Assembly (NCBI GenBank): GCA_046754465.1
Contig: JBHHVU010000030.1
Coordinates: 1-38,394, forward strand
Direction of reading: 5' to 3'
DNA: 38,394 nucleotides
DNA from: Nitrospinaceae bacterium
Lineage (GTDB): Bacteria > Nitrospinota > Nitrospinia > Nitrospinales > VA-1
A model generated the notes under the pieces. That model was given only the letters and a program-made list of their open reading frames with translations, did not search any database and was not told where the DNA came from. Position numbers and translations under genes: made by a program. Positions 1 to 9,927 of the stretch are shown piece by piece; position 1 is the stretch's first letter; every line of letters begins with the position of its first letter.

Positions 1-36
1 CGACTTAGTGTCATTTTCTTCCCCGGCTCCTGTTTT

Positions 37-76
37 GCATATAACACATGTCCAATTACCCGCCGAGGTACTCGGC
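37..76 (+). repeat. Modular intergenic repeat, partial/diverged copy (core + 3' hairpin)
   Basis: GCATATAACACATGTCCAATTACCC followed by hairpin GCCGAG-GTA-CTCGGC (62-76). Closely matches the reverse complement of 9824-9862. Confidence 0.75.
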
Positions 77-105
77 CCGGTAATGCATTGCCATCCGTTC
101 CAGGA

Positions 106-804
106 TTACAATAATCCTTGATCCGCAAAACTGTAGTAACCGGGTCCGCCGATGATGATGTGATCCAAAAGTTTGATCCCGATGATCTGCCCCGTTTTGT
201 TAAGACGGTGGGTGATTTCGATATCGTTCTGGCTGGGGGAGGGGTCCCCGCTGGGGTGATTGTGAATCAGGGCGAAGGATGCCGCGGATTCCTTGATCGC
301 CGGAATCATGACCTCGCGGGGGTGAACGATGCTGGCGTTGAGGCTGCCCTCGGAAATGGTGAGCTCCTTGATCAAAGCCAGTTTGGGATTCAACAAAACC
401 ACCTTGACGATTTCCTTTTTCAGGTTTCTCATGAACGGGGCGAAGTAGTCCACGAAATTCCGGCTATCCTTCATTTGGATACTCGCGCCGGAGATCTGGG
501 AGGACATCCGTTTGCCCACCTCCAGGGCGGCCTTGATCTGCGCGGCCTTGGCCAGGCCGATTCCCTTGACCTGGCAAAGCTCGGTGACGGTCGCCTGATC
601 CAGCTTATTAAAATTATCGAACAGTTTTAAAAGATCGCGGCTCAGTTCGACCGCATTTTTTTTCGCGGTGCGGTCGCCGGAACCGATGAGGATGCCCAAC
701 AGATGCGCGTCGGACAACTTGTCTTCTCCATATTTGATCAACCGCTCCCGTGGGCGTTCATCCTCGGGCCAGTGCTTGATGGAGGATTCATATCTTCGGG
801 CCAT
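106..804 (-). CDS. radC: RadC family protein (JAB/MPN domain)
   Basis: N-terminal WPEDERPRERL, helix-hairpin-helix VKGIGLAKA, JAB motif HNHPSGDPSPSQND...LLDHIII. Start taken at ATG 804 (ORF extends to 813). Confidence 0.95.
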   Translation of the reverse strand: MARRYESSIKHWPEDERPRERLIKYGEDKLSDAHLLGILIGSGDRTAKKNAVELSRDLLKLFDNFNKLDQATVTELCQVKGIGLAKAAQIKAALEVGKRMSSQISGASIQMKDSRNFVDYFAPFMRNLKKEIVKVVLLNPKLALIKELTISEGSLNASIVHPREVMIPAIKESAASFALIHNHPSGDPSPSQNDIEITHRLNKTGQIIGIKLLDHIIIGGPGYYSFADQGLL

Positions 805-813
805 AAGGCACAT

Positions 814-1758
814 TCATGTTTTTTCGGATATCAGCTTCGCCTTGAAATACTCCATGGTCGATGTCAGTCCTTCTTCCAGTTCCACGCCGGGTTCCCATTT
901 CAAATGCTCCCTGGCCCGGGAAATATCGGGCTGCCGCACCTGGGGGTCATCCGCGGGAAGGGGAGCGTAAGTGATTTTACACTTGCTCCCCGTCGCTTGC
1001 AAAATTTTCTCGGCCATGGCTTGAATGGTCATTTCTCGGGGATTGCCAATATTGACCGGTTCGTTCAGGTCCGACATCAACAATCGGTAGAGCCCCTCGA
1101 TCAGGTCTTCCACATAGCAAAAACTCCGGGTCTGGCTCCCGTCCCCGTAGACGGTGATGTCTTCCCCGGTCAAGGCCTGACTGAGGAAGTTGGGGATGGC
1201 CCGCCCGTCTTTAATGCGCATCCTGGGTCCGTACGTGTTGAAGATCCTCGCGATCTTGGTGTTGAGTCCGTGCGCCCTGTGGTAGGCCATCGTAATGGCC
1301 TCGGCGAATCGCTTGGCTTCGTCATACACTCCCCGGGGCCCTACGGGGTTGACGTTGCCCCAATAATTTTCCTTTTGCGGGTGAATGAGGGGATCACCAT
1401 AAACCTCGGACGTCGAGGCGAGCAGAAAGGCGGCCCGCTTGGCCTCCGCCACTCCCAAGGTATTATGGGTTCCCAGGGATCCCACTTTCAGGGTGGGGAT
1501 GGGCATCTCGAGATAATCGATGGGGCTGGCGGGCGAGGCAAAGTGAAGAACATAATCGAGATCCCCTTCCACCTCGATGTACTGGGTGACGTTGTGTTTG
1601 ATGAAGATGAATTTTTCGTTTTGGATATGAGCAATATTTTCCAGGGACCCGGTGACGAGGTTGTCCATGCAGATGACTTCATGGCCTTTTCGTAAAAGGT
1701 AGTCACAAAAATGGGAACCCAGAAAACCCGCTCCGCCGGTGATCAACGTTCTTGGCAT
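814..1758 (-). CDS. UDP-glucuronate decarboxylase-like NAD-dependent epimerase/dehydratase (extended SDR)
   Basis: TGGAGFLG Rossmann motif, [23 protein letters not shown] (YxxxK), [17 protein letters not shown]. Confidence 0.92.
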   Translation of the reverse strand: MPRTLITGGAGFLGSHFCDYLLRKGHEVICMDNLVTGSLENIAHIQNEKFIFIKHNVTQYIEVEGDLDYVLHFASPASPIDYLEMPIPTLKVGSLGTHNTLGVAEAKRAAFLLASTSEVYGDPLIHPQKENYWGNVNPVGPRGVYDEAKRFAEAITMAYHRAHGLNTKIARIFNTYGPRMRIKDGRAIPNFLSQALTGEDITVYGDGSQTRSFCYVEDLIEGLYRLLMSDLNEPVNIGNPREMTIQAMAEKILQATGSKCKITYAPLPADDPQVRQPDISRAREHLKWEPGVELEEGLTSTMEYFKAKLISEKT

Positions 1759-1766
1759 GGGGTCCT

Positions 1767-2729
1767 CTATTGGGTTGGTATCAAACTGGGGGTTGAACTG
1801 GAGTCGAAATGTTCTCCTTTGCGGACGGGGTGCCCCGCCAAAAAACTTTTCACGGACATCGGGTTCTTTCCTTCCGGTTGCAGGTGGGTGATGATCAATC
1901 GCCCCCGGCCCGTGCCCACTTCAATTCCATGGCCGGTGACACGGGCGATGGTTCCGGGCCGATCTTCCGGCGCGCCGGGACCGGTTTCCGCGCGCCACAC
2001 GCGCAGGCGTTTGGAATGAAAAAAAGTATAAGCTCCCGGCCAGGGCGTCAGGCCCCGGACCAGGTTACGCAAGGTTTCCGCGTTATGATTCCAAACCATC
2101 AGGCCTTCCTCCTTTTTCAATTTAGGAGCGTAGCTGGCCTGGCCGGGGTCCTGGGGCACGGGTTTCAGGGAACCCCCTTCCAGCCGGCGGATCGTTTCCA
2201 GGACCAGACCCGCGCCCGCCTCGGACAGGGTATCGTGCAGGGTTTGCGCATCGTCTGTATCCCGGACGGGAACCTTTTGGGTCAACAGGATGTCCCCGGT
2301 ATCCATTCCGGCATCCATTTTCATGGTGGTGACGCCGGTTTCGGTTTCGCCCTCGATGATGGCCCGCTGGATGGGCGCGGCGCCCCGATACCTGGGAAGC
2401 AGGGAGGCATGCAGGTTCATGCAGAAATATCCAGGAAGCTGCAGGACATCGGCTTTGAGAATCTGACCGAATGCCACGACCACGATCAGGTCCGGATTCA
2501 AGCTACGCAGGGTCTCGACGAATTCGGGAACATTGACGTTTTCCGGCTGCAACACGGTGAGTCCGGATTCGAGGGCAACCTGTTTGATGGGCGAAGCGGC
2601 CACTTCCCGGCCGCGGCCCCTGGGCCGGTCCGGCTGGGTCACCACCCCCGCGATCGTGTGTTCCGAGGAGACGAGAGCCTTCAAGGCCGGAAGCGCGAAT
2701 CCGGGCGTGCCCATGAAGACAATCTTCAT
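1767..2729 (-). CDS. fmt: Methionyl-tRNA formyltransferase
   Basis: [47 protein letters not shown]. Overlaps the def stop. Confidence 0.97.
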   Translation of the reverse strand: MKIVFMGTPGFALPALKALVSSEHTIAGVVTQPDRPRGRGREVAASPIKQVALESGLTVLQPENVNVPEFVETLRSLNPDLIVVVAFGQILKADVLQLPGYFCMNLHASLLPRYRGAAPIQRAIIEGETETGVTTMKMDAGMDTGDILLTQKVPVRDTDDAQTLHDTLSEAGAGLVLETIRRLEGGSLKPVPQDPGQASYAPKLKKEEGLMVWNHNAETLRNLVRGLTPWPGAYTFFHSKRLRVWRAETGPGAPEDRPGTIARVTGHGIEVGTGRGRLIITHLQPEGKNPMSVKSFLAGHPVRKGEHFDSSSTPSLIPTQ

Positions 2730-3238
2730 GTTGCCTTCTCTTTGAGTATTTTCTTGAATTTTCGTTTCAGCATATCCCGTTTCATCTTTCCGAGGTTATC
2801 CCAGAACAGGGAACCCTCTAGGTGATCCATTTCGTGCTGAAAGGCACGGGCCAGAAACCCCTCGGCCTCGTAACGCACTTCGTTGCCGTCGAGGTTCACG
2901 CCCTTGATTTCCACCCGCTGGGCTCGTTTGATTTCAGCGAACACGTCCGGAATGCTCAAACATCCTTCTTCCGACAATTCTTCCCCCTCCATGGCGGTGA
3001 TGACGGGGTTGACCACCGTGATCAAATCGGGGGTGTCCTTTTCGATTCCCAGGTTGACGACGAACAGGCGGTAGGGGAACCCGACCTGGTTCGCGGCAAG
3101 GCCCGCCCCGTGGGCCTCCAGCGTGGTTTCCACCATGTCCTGGGACAGGGTCACGAGGTCGCCGTTTATATTTTCAATGAGTTCTCCTTTTTTCCGGAGA
3201 ACTGGATCGAGACAGTTGCGGATGGTCAGTATGGACAT
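2726..3238 (-). CDS. def: Peptide deformylase
   Basis: GAGLAANQVG, EEGCLSIP and QHEMDHLEG motifs. Adjacent to fmt. Confidence 0.97.
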   Translation of the reverse strand: MSILTIRNCLDPVLRKKGELIENINGDLVTLSQDMVETTLEAHGAGLAANQVGFPYRLFVVNLGIEKDTPDLITVVNPVITAMEGEELSEEGCLSIPDVFAEIKRAQRVEIKGVNLDGNEVRYEAEGFLARAFQHEMDHLEGSLFWDNLGKMKRDMLKRKFKKILKEKAT

Positions 3239-3308
3239 GGTTCGGACATCTTAAAAATGAAATGGGATGGCGAATTTGAAACCCCGATGCGGGTTATTTA
3301 AAAATTTT

Positions 3309-3337
3309 AATATGCCGGTCAAAGTTTGTCATGTCAA
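3309..3337 (-). promoter_or_regulatory. Putative sigma70 promoter for def-fmt
   Basis: Minus strand TTGACA-N17-CATATT upstream of def. Confidence 0.45.
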
Positions 3338-3390
3338 ATAGACAGAGACGATTCCTGAAAGACCCGGGCCCGGCTGGAGGGTTTCCGGGT

Positions 3391-4599
3391 TCAGGTCGTG
3401 TATTCGGCGTTGATCCGGACATAGTCATAGGACAGATCACAGGTGTACACCTCGGCAAACTCGCCACCGGCGTTGAGATCGATGGAAATAGTGATCGTCT
3501 TTTTCTGCATTTTTTTCCGCAACGAGCTCATGGACGCGCCACGTGTGGGAGCCCCGTTTTTAAACAACAACGCCCCGTTCAATGCGATGACGACTCGCTC
3601 CGTCTCCACGGGAACCCCGGCGTACCCGACCGCGCACAGGATGCGGCCCCAGTTGGGGTCTTCCCCGAAAAGGGCGGTTTTGACCAGGGAAGAAGTGGCC
3701 ACGGCGGTGGCAACTTTTTTCGCGTGCCGTTCCTCCCTTGCCCCGCGAACCTGAACGGTCACGAACTTGGTCGCCCCTTCGCCGTCCTGGACGATCTGGA
3801 AGGCAAGGCTTTTGCTCACTTCGGAAAGCGCGGTGACGAACCGGGTGTAATCTTTCGATCCGTGCCGGAGGGGGCGGTTTCCCGCCAAACCGTTGGCCAG
3901 AACCAGGACGGTATCGTTGGTGCTCGTGTCACCGTCCACCGTGATGCGGTTGAACGAGACTTCCGTCGCTTCCCGGAGGGCGTGGTGCAGGGTTTGGGGA
4001 TCGATCGTGGCGTTGGTCTGGATGAACGCCAGCATCGTCGCCATGTCCGGATGAATCATGCCCGATCCCTTGGCGATACCGCCGATCACGATTTTGCGTC
4101 CGCCCTGGGTGTACTCTCCGGCGGCGGTTTTCGGAACAAGGTCGGTGGTCATGATCGCTTCGGCGGCGCATCTCCATCCTTTAGGGGACCGCTGCTTGAC
4201 CAGCCGGGGAATACCACGCGCCAGGGTATCCCTTGGCAGGGGCACGCCGATCACCCCGGTGGACGCGATGAGAATTTCCCCGGGGGAAATGGAAAGTTCC
4301 CCGGCAAGGGTTTGGATGAGGGTCCGGCAATCGTCCATCCCACGCGGCCCGACGCAGGCGTTGGCATTGGCGCTGTTGATCAGGACGGCGCGGAAGCTTT
4401 TGGATTTCTTCAAAGCCCTCCGGCTCCAGATCACGCTGGGGGCCTGAACCCGGTTGCGGGTGAATACCCCCGCGCCGGACGCGGGAGTTTCTGATACGAT
4501 CAGGGCAAGATCTTTTTTGCCGCCGGGTTTGAGTCCGCAGGCGACGCCACAGGCTTGAAAACCCGGCACGGCGGGCATGCGGGCCGCGGATGGTTTCAT
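3391..4599 (-). CDS. argJ: Bifunctional ornithine acetyltransferase / N-acetylglutamate synthase
   Basis: ASTGVIG, AIMTTD, AKGSGMIHPDMATML, DGDTSTND, DGEGATK, C-terminal YVRINAEYTT. Confidence 0.97.
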   Translation of the reverse strand: MKPSAARMPAVPGFQACGVACGLKPGGKKDLALIVSETPASGAGVFTRNRVQAPSVIWSRRALKKSKSFRAVLINSANANACVGPRGMDDCRTLIQTLAGELSISPGEILIASTGVIGVPLPRDTLARGIPRLVKQRSPKGWRCAAEAIMTTDLVPKTAAGEYTQGGRKIVIGGIAKGSGMIHPDMATMLAFIQTNATIDPQTLHHALREATEVSFNRITVDGDTSTNDTVLVLANGLAGNRPLRHGSKDYTRFVTALSEVSKSLAFQIVQDGEGATKFVTVQVRGAREERHAKKVATAVATSSLVKTALFGEDPNWGRILCAVGYAGVPVETERVVIALNGALLFKNGAPTRGASMSSLRKKMQKKTITISIDLNAGGEFAEVYTCDLSYDYVRINAEYTT

Positions 4600-4607
4600 G
4601 ATACGCT

Positions 4608-5645
4608 TCAGGGAAAAATGCCGGGAGAATCGAGGGCGGTGGTTTCCGGAATTCCCAGCATGAGGTTCATATTCTGAACGGCCTGTCCGGCGGCCCCCTT
4701 GACCAGATTGTCAATGGCGCTGGTGATGATCACCCGCCGGGTTCGCGGATCGATCTGCAAGCCCAGGTCGCAATAATTGGAATACCGGACGTGCCGCGTG
4801 CAGGCAAAGGTTCCTTGTTTCAATATCCGTACAAATGGCTCGCTTTTATAAGCCGCGCGGTAATGACCGATCAATTCCTCCAAGTCCATGGCGCGGGTCA
4901 GGTTGAGGTAAATCGTACTCAGCAATCCCCGGGTCATGGGCATCAGGTGGGGGGAAAACGAGACGCGGATCTCCCGTCCTACCAGAAGGGAAATCTCCTG
5001 CTCGATTTCGGGGGTATGCCGGTGGGTCCCCAGGCCATAGGCCGATACCCCCTCGTTGCATTCAGCGAACTGGGTGGTGAGCGATGTTTTTCTGCCCGCA
5101 CCGGAAACGCCGGATTTGGAATCGGCCACAATCGATTCCAGGTCCACCCATCCGGTCCCCATCAGGGGCGCCAGGCCGAGAATGATGCTGGTGGGATAGC
5201 ACCCCGGGTTGGCCACCAAACGGGCCGGCCGAATCTCCTCCCGGTGCAGTTCGGGCAAACCATACACGGCACCAGCCAGGGTTTCCGGTTGTCCATGCGG
5301 AACGGCATACCATTGTTGAAAAACTTCCGGGTCCTTCAGGCGGTAATCGGCGCTGAGGTCGATCACCCGGCAAGTCCCTTTCAACATTTCGGGAACCAGG
5401 TTCATCGCCGTGGTATGAGGGAGGGCCAGAAACAGAATATCGCATTCTTTTCCCACGCCGGGCGAGAGTTTCACGAACTGCCGATCCAGAAAACCGCTCA
5501 GGGACGGAAAGACCTCATCCACCCGCCGGCCCTGAAAGGATTCGGAAGTCAAAACCCCGATCTCGGCTTCCGGGTGTTTTAACAGCAGCCGGAGAAGTTC
5601 CAGACCGGTGTACCCGGTCGCGCCCGCGATGCCAATTTTGACCAT
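4608..5645 (-). CDS. argC: N-acetyl-gamma-glutamyl-phosphate reductase
   Basis: GATGYTG, IDLSADYRL, ANPGCYPT, SGVSGAGR, DNLVKGAAGQAVQNMN. Confidence 0.97.
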   Translation of the reverse strand: MVKIGIAGATGYTGLELLRLLLKHPEAEIGVLTSESFQGRRVDEVFPSLSGFLDRQFVKLSPGVGKECDILFLALPHTTAMNLVPEMLKGTCRVIDLSADYRLKDPEVFQQWYAVPHGQPETLAGAVYGLPELHREEIRPARLVANPGCYPTSIILGLAPLMGTGWVDLESIVADSKSGVSGAGRKTSLTTQFAECNEGVSAYGLGTHRHTPEIEQEISLLVGREIRVSFSPHLMPMTRGLLSTIYLNLTRAMDLEELIGHYRAAYKSEPFVRILKQGTFACTRHVRYSNYCDLGLQIDPRTRRVIITSAIDNLVKGAAGQAVQNMNLMLGIPETTALDSPGIFP

Positions 5646-5740
5646 AGCCGTTTGATAGGAAAAGGGGGGATCCCGCCGGCGGTTCCCTGGACCCCGGAAA
5701 TCACCGGCAAGGCAAGAATACAGCGGGTTGACTCTGCGAA

Positions 5741-6139
5741 TTACCGCTTGGAGAATTGATACTTTTTGCGGGCCCCGGGACGGCCATATTTTTTCCGCTC
5801 CACTTCCCGGGAATCCCGGGTCAGCAAACCCGCCTTCTTCAGGGAGGTGCGGAAGTTGGGATCGGCGACCAAAAGGGCTCTGGCGATTCCCAACCGGAGG
5901 GCGCCGGACTGACCTGACAAGCCGCCGCCCTGGAGCTGGGCCTGGACATCGAACGATTCCAGCGTATCGGTCACGACCAGGGGTTGCCGCACGATGGTTT
6001 CCAAACTCTCGCGGCGAAAATATTCATTGATCTTTCGGTTGTTGACAACAATATTGCCTTCGCCGGCCTGCAACCATACCTTGGCGATGGATTCCTTCCT
6101 TTTACCTGTAGCGTAATATTTTTCTAAAGCAACCTCCAT
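5741..6139 (-). CDS. rpsI: 30S ribosomal protein S9
   Basis: [31 protein letters not shown]...QFSKR. ATG 6139 follows an AGGAG RBS. Confidence 0.97.
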   Translation of the reverse strand: MEVALEKYYATGKRKESIAKVWLQAGEGNIVVNNRKINEYFRRESLETIVRQPLVVTDTLESFDVQAQLQGGGLSGQSGALRLGIARALLVADPNFRTSLKKAGLLTRDSREVERKKYGRPGARKKYQFSKR

Positions 6140-6195
6140 AAATCCGCTCCTGATCAAGACGTGTCAATGGGTTGGGTGAATTGCAAATTTTCAGA

Positions 6196-6624
6196 TCAAA
6201 GGGAAACCGTCTCGGGTTTTTGACCCGCATGCGGATGCTCATCCCGATCATATACCCTGAAATTGCGGCATAAGGAACGGCCCAGCCGGTTTTTCGGCAG
6301 CATCCCCTGAATGGCCTTTTTTAGCAGAAGGGCCGGTTTTTTTTCGAGAATTTCCTTCGCCGTAGCCGATTTGATCCCCCCGGGATAGCCTGTATGGTGA
6401 TAGTAAACTTTCTGATCCCATTTCCGCCCCGTCAACCGGACCTTCTCGGCATTGATGATGATGACATTGTCTCCAGTGTCCACATGGGGGGTAAAAACGG
6501 GTTTGGTTTTGCCCCGAATGATGGAAGCCGCTTTCACGGCCACGCGGCCCAAGGGTTTATCGGCGGCATCGATCACTACCCATTTCTTCGTGATCTCGCC
6601 TTTTTTGGCAGAATAAGTTTTCAT
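6196..6624 (-). CDS. rplM: 50S ribosomal protein L13
   Basis: LGRVA, FTPHVDTGD, YYHHTGYPGGIK, GMLPKNRLGR. Confidence 0.98.
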   Translation of the reverse strand: MKTYSAKKGEITKKWVVIDAADKPLGRVAVKAASIIRGKTKPVFTPHVDTGDNVIIINAEKVRLTGRKWDQKVYYHHTGYPGGIKSATAKEILEKKPALLLKKAIQGMLPKNRLGRSLCRNFRVYDRDEHPHAGQKPETVSL

Positions 6625-6673
6625 TGGAAAAATCTTTCTCGGCAGAAATCTTGGTTGAGTTTACAAATAGTTG

Positions 6674-6702
6674 ATATTATGAAACTCCATCCACGCTGTC
6701 AA
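6674..6702 (-). promoter_or_regulatory. Putative sigma70 promoter of rplM-rpsI
   Basis: Minus strand TTGACA-N17-TAATAT about 50 bp upstream of rplM. Confidence 0.6.
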
Positions 6703-6712
6703 TAAAATTCTT

Positions 6713-6939
6713 CCCCGCCGCCCCGCGGGCCGGGCCACGCCCGGGGGGAAATGGGTCCATCTAAACCGCCACTCGGAGTCAGTCTGCCATATAAAGTATG
6801 TCAAATCGCCTGCGGAGGCACTCCGCCCCCGCCACGCGGGGAGGGAGATGGGTCCATCTAAACCGCCACTCGGAGTCAGTCTGCCATATAAAGTATGTCA
6901 AATCGCCTGCGGAGGCACTCCGCCGGAGGTACTCAGCTC
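6713..6939 (+). repeat. Modular intergenic repeat, two tandem units
   Basis: 77-bp identical cores at 6751-6827 and 6848-6924. 5' hairpins CCGGGC-CAC-GCCCGG (6730-6744) and CCCGC-CAC-GCGGG (6828-6840). 3' hairpins GCGGAG-GCA-CTCCGC. Confidence 0.92.
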
Positions 6940-7003
6940 TTTCTTTTTTTGGGGAAATGGGCTATTTTGTTTCACTGTCCATCAACGGGTTTATCGCAAC
7001 ACC

Positions 7004-8968
7004 ATGAATGAGTTAGCTTCATCGGAAACCAACATGACCCCCTCGGATACCGCAACGGGTCCGGATTCATCCTTCCAGCAAAGGCTGGATGAGGGAATCC
7101 AGCGCTCGCGAGAGTTTCTGCTTTCCCGTCAGAATCCCGAAGGGTACTGGGTGGATGAGTTGGAATCCAACGCCACGATCACAGCGGAACTCATCTTCTT
7201 CATGCACTTCACGGGTCAAGTGGACCCGGTGAAGCAGGAGAAATTCGCCAACTATCTTCTCTCGAAGCAGAGGGAAGATGGAAGCTGGACGCTGTTTTAC
7301 GGGGGCCCCTGCGACATCAACTCCACCGTGGAATGTTACATGGCCTTGAAACTGGCGGGTTATTCGCCAGACCACCCGGCCCTGGCGAAGGCCCGGGAAG
7401 CTATTTTCGCCAATGGGGGAATAAAAAAAACCCGGGTCTTCACGAAAATCTTCCTGGCCCTGTTCGGGCAGATTCCCTGGGACGTTCCTCCGGCGGTGCC
7501 GGTGGAAATTGTGCTTCTCCCTAACGGGTTCTGGATGAATATTTACGAAATCTCGAGCTGGTCCCGGGGAACGGTCGTCCCGTTATCGGTGGTTTGTTCC
7601 ATGAAGCCGGTTCACCGGTTGGAACCGGGCCAGGATTTTAAGGAACTTTTCACGGAAAACGACCGCAACCTGGGGTTCCACCCTGAAGGCCACGCTTTCT
7701 CCTCCTGGAAAAATTTTTTCATCCACCTCGACCGGTGGATCAAGTTCATCGGCCGGTCCCCATGGAAACCGTTCCGTAAAAAAGCCTTGAAAAAAGCCGA
7801 GGCATGGATCCTGGCCCACCAGGAGGAGGAGGGTGATTTTGGGGGTATTCAGCCCGCGATGCTCAACTCGCTTCTGGCACTGCATTTTTTGGGGTATCCC
7901 AACGATCATCCGGCCATGGTCAAGGGCATGGAGGCGATCGGCCGGTTCCTCATTGATCGGGGCGATCACATCGTGTTCCAGGCCTGCGTCTCCCCCTTGT
8001 GGGATACAGCGATCGCCTGCAACGCGCTTCTGGATTCCGGACTGGCGCCGGACCACCCCGCCCTTGTCAAGGCGGGGGAATGGATCCTGAAGAAGCAGGT
8101 GGTTCGGCCCGGCGACTGGAAAGTGAAGAATCCGCATACGGAGCCGGGAGGCTGGCCGTTTGAGTTTTTTAACGAGCTGTATCCGGATACCGATGATACG
8201 GCGGAAATTTTGATTGCGCTGGATCGGATCGCTATTCCCGATTACCATTGGAAACTCAAGGAATGCGAGCGGGCTTTGACCTGGTTGATGAGCATGCAAA
8301 GCAAAAACGGGGGATGGGCCGCTTTCGATCAGGATAACAACAAGGAAATTCTCAACGAGGTGCCTTTCGCCGATCACAAGGCCCTGCTGGACCCGCCCAC
8401 GGTGGATGTTTCGAGCCGGATTCTCTGGTGCCTGGGCAACCTGGGATTCAAAAGGGAGCACCCACGGGTGAAACGGGCAATCGAGTTTGTCAAGTCCCAC
8501 CAGGAACCGGACGGCTGTTGGTGGGGACGGTGGGGGGTCAACTTTATTTATGGAACCTTTCTGGCTTTGAACGGGCTCCGCTCCATGGGAGAAAACATGG
8601 CCCAGCCCTTCATCCGCAACGCCGTGCGTTGGCTGGAGAAACATCAGAACGAAGACGGCGGCTGGGGAGAGACCTGCCAGAGTTACGCGGAACCGAGGTT
8701 GCGGGGCCAGGGACCCAGCACGGCTTCTCAAACTGCGTGGGCCATTCTGGGACTAATCGCCGCGGACGAGACGCATCATCCGGCGGTACAAAGGGGAATC
8801 GATTACCTTCTCCAACGGCTGAACAGCGAGGGAACTTGGTGGGAGGATGAATTTACGGGGACGGGGTTTCCGGGCCACTTTTTCATCAAGTACCACATGT
8901 ACCAGCATTACTTTCCCCTGATGGCCTTGTCCCGCTACCGCCGCGCCCTCCACGAGGGAGGGGGATAG
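7004..8968 (+). CDS. shc: Squalene-hopene cyclase
   Basis: QW repeats (QNPEGYW, QREDGSW, QSKNGGW, QEPDGCW, QNEDGGW), catalytic YPDTDDTA (DxDD), FTGTGFP. Start placed at ATG 7004 (alternative 7034) because the longer ORF runs through the repeat. Confidence 0.96.
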   Translation: MNELASSETNMTPSDTATGPDSSFQQRLDEGIQRSREFLLSRQNPEGYWVDELESNATITAELIFFMHFTGQVDPVKQEKFANYLLSKQREDGSWTLFYGGPCDINSTVECYMALKLAGYSPDHPALAKAREAIFANGGIKKTRVFTKIFLALFGQIPWDVPPAVPVEIVLLPNGFWMNIYEISSWSRGTVVPLSVVCSMKPVHRLEPGQDFKELFTENDRNLGFHPEGHAFSSWKNFFIHLDRWIKFIGRSPWKPFRKKALKKAEAWILAHQEEEGDFGGIQPAMLNSLLALHFLGYPNDHPAMVKGMEAIGRFLIDRGDHIVFQACVSPLWDTAIACNALLDSGLAPDHPALVKAGEWILKKQVVRPGDWKVKNPHTEPGGWPFEFFNELYPDTDDTAEILIALDRIAIPDYHWKLKECERALTWLMSMQSKNGGWAAFDQDNNKEILNEVPFADHKALLDPPTVDVSSRILWCLGNLGFKREHPRVKRAIEFVKSHQEPDGCWWGRWGVNFIYGTFLALNGLRSMGENMAQPFIRNAVRWLEKHQNEDGGWGETCQSYAEPRLRGQGPSTASQTAWAILGLIAADETHHPAVQRGIDYLLQRLNSEGTWWEDEFTGTGFPGHFFIKYHMYQHYFPLMALSRYRRALHEGGG

Positions 8969-9086
8969 GCCGGGCCCCGCCTGGTGGGAGATAGGTCGAA
9001 TCATCATCGCCAGCCCACTTGGGTCCGCCATATAACGCATGTCCAATGGCGAGCGGAGGCACTCCGCCCTTCACGAGGGAGGGGGA
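8944..9086 (+). repeat. Modular intergenic repeat overlapping the shc 3' end
   Basis: CCCTC-CAC-GAGGG (8946-8958), core GATAGGTC...GTCCGCCATATAACGCATGTCCAAT, GCGGAG-GCA-CTCCGC (9053-9067), then a second CAC hairpin. Confidence 0.85.
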
Positions 9087-9140
9087 GGGGAAATTGACTC
9101 AAGAAAATGTCATTGCATGACGATAAGAAGAAAAATTTCT

Positions 9141-9722
9141 ATGGTCATCTACTTGAAAACAAAGATTAAAAAACTCAATTTCCTTTGCCTGCTGGTTTTA
9201 TTTTTGGTTTCTTCCGGTTGCGAGGTCAAAATGGCCCCTTCGGAGCTCTGGTCCAAATGGTTCCGGACGCAGACCGATTCTTCATATTACAAAGAGAAAG
9301 CCGAGAAGCTGGTCAAAAAGATATCCAAGAATACCTTGGAATATGAAATCAACAAGGTAGTTGTGATCGATTTGGTGAATGAGGAGGGCAAGGCGCCCAT
9401 CCTGGGGGAATATTTTTCCACCCGAGTGGTGGAAGCCATCACCCGTAAAAGGAGTTTCCGGGTTTCGCAGAAAGGCGAGGTGAAGGATATTCTAAATCAG
9501 CTGAACTTGGCGCCAGCTTATTCATACACCCGAAGCGAGCTACAAAACCTTGGGCATGCCCTCAATTCCCAGGCTGTTCTGACAGGAAAACTCACGGACC
9601 TCGGCACCAACCTCGATGTGCACCTGACCCTGACGGATGTCGCCAGCGGCGAGGTGATCGCCTCGGCGTCGGAATACCTGACCCGCACCAAATTCGCTGT
9701 GGAAATGCTGCGGCATTACTGA
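9141..9722 (+). CDS. FlgO/CsgG-like outer-membrane lipoprotein
   Basis: Basic N-terminus, hydrophobic stretch and SSGC lipobox. VVVIDL...LGEYFS...AVLTGKLTDLG...LTDVASGEVIASAS pattern of the CsgG/FlgO/LpoB-like fold. Start uncertain. Confidence 0.75.
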   Translation: MVIYLKTKIKKLNFLCLLVLFLVSSGCEVKMAPSELWSKWFRTQTDSSYYKEKAEKLVKKISKNTLEYEINKVVVIDLVNEEGKAPILGEYFSTRVVEAITRKRSFRVSQKGEVKDILNQLNLAPAYSYTRSELQNLGHALNSQAVLTGKLTDLGTNLDVHLTLTDVASGEVIASASEYLTRTKFAVEMLRHY

Positions 9723-9927
9723 GCTGAGTACCTCAGCGGGTAACTTGACATACTTTATTTTGCAGACTGACGCCGAAAGGTGGTTTAGATCGACCCATCT
9801 CCTACCGGGCGTGGCCCGGGCCGGCCGAGTACCTCGGCTGGTAATTGGACATGCGTTATATGGCTGACTGACGCGGAAAGGCAGCTTAGATGGACCCATC
9901 TCCCTCCCCGGGGGCCGGGGCGGCGGG
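9723..9927 (-). repeat. Modular intergenic repeat, two tandem units
   Basis: On the minus strand: CCCCGG-CCC-CCGGGG, core, GCCGAG-GTA-CTCGGC, CCGGGC-CAC-GCCCGG, core, GCTGAG-GTA-CTCAGC. Fills the whole gap between two convergent stop codons. Confidence 0.92.

Noticed and set aside
6779..6806. Canonical chromosomal dif site
   Set aside because: Multi-copy, the XerC arm does not end in ATAA, and the CATA-to-TATG spacing is 5 bp rather than 8.
6844..6900. GGAGATGG...AAACCGC resembling a fluoride riboswitch
   Set aside because: Lacks the P1 complement and the GCTRATGA/pseudoknot 3' part. It is multi-copy and mostly 3' of genes.
6713..6939. Tandem repeats as a CRISPR array
   Set aside because: Only two 77-bp units, with a conserved hairpin between them rather than a unique spacer. 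No cas genes, and copies are dispersed.
6848..7003. N-terminal extension of shc (also repeat-derived ORF starts at 9039 and 9899)
   Set aside because: These are translations of the repeat. The frame is not kept between copies (1-nt indel between subtypes, in-frame stop in one copy).
9723..9927. Repeat as integron attC sites
   Set aside because: No RYYYAAC...GTTRRRY ends and no whole-element palindrome. Neighbours are core genes and there is no integrase.
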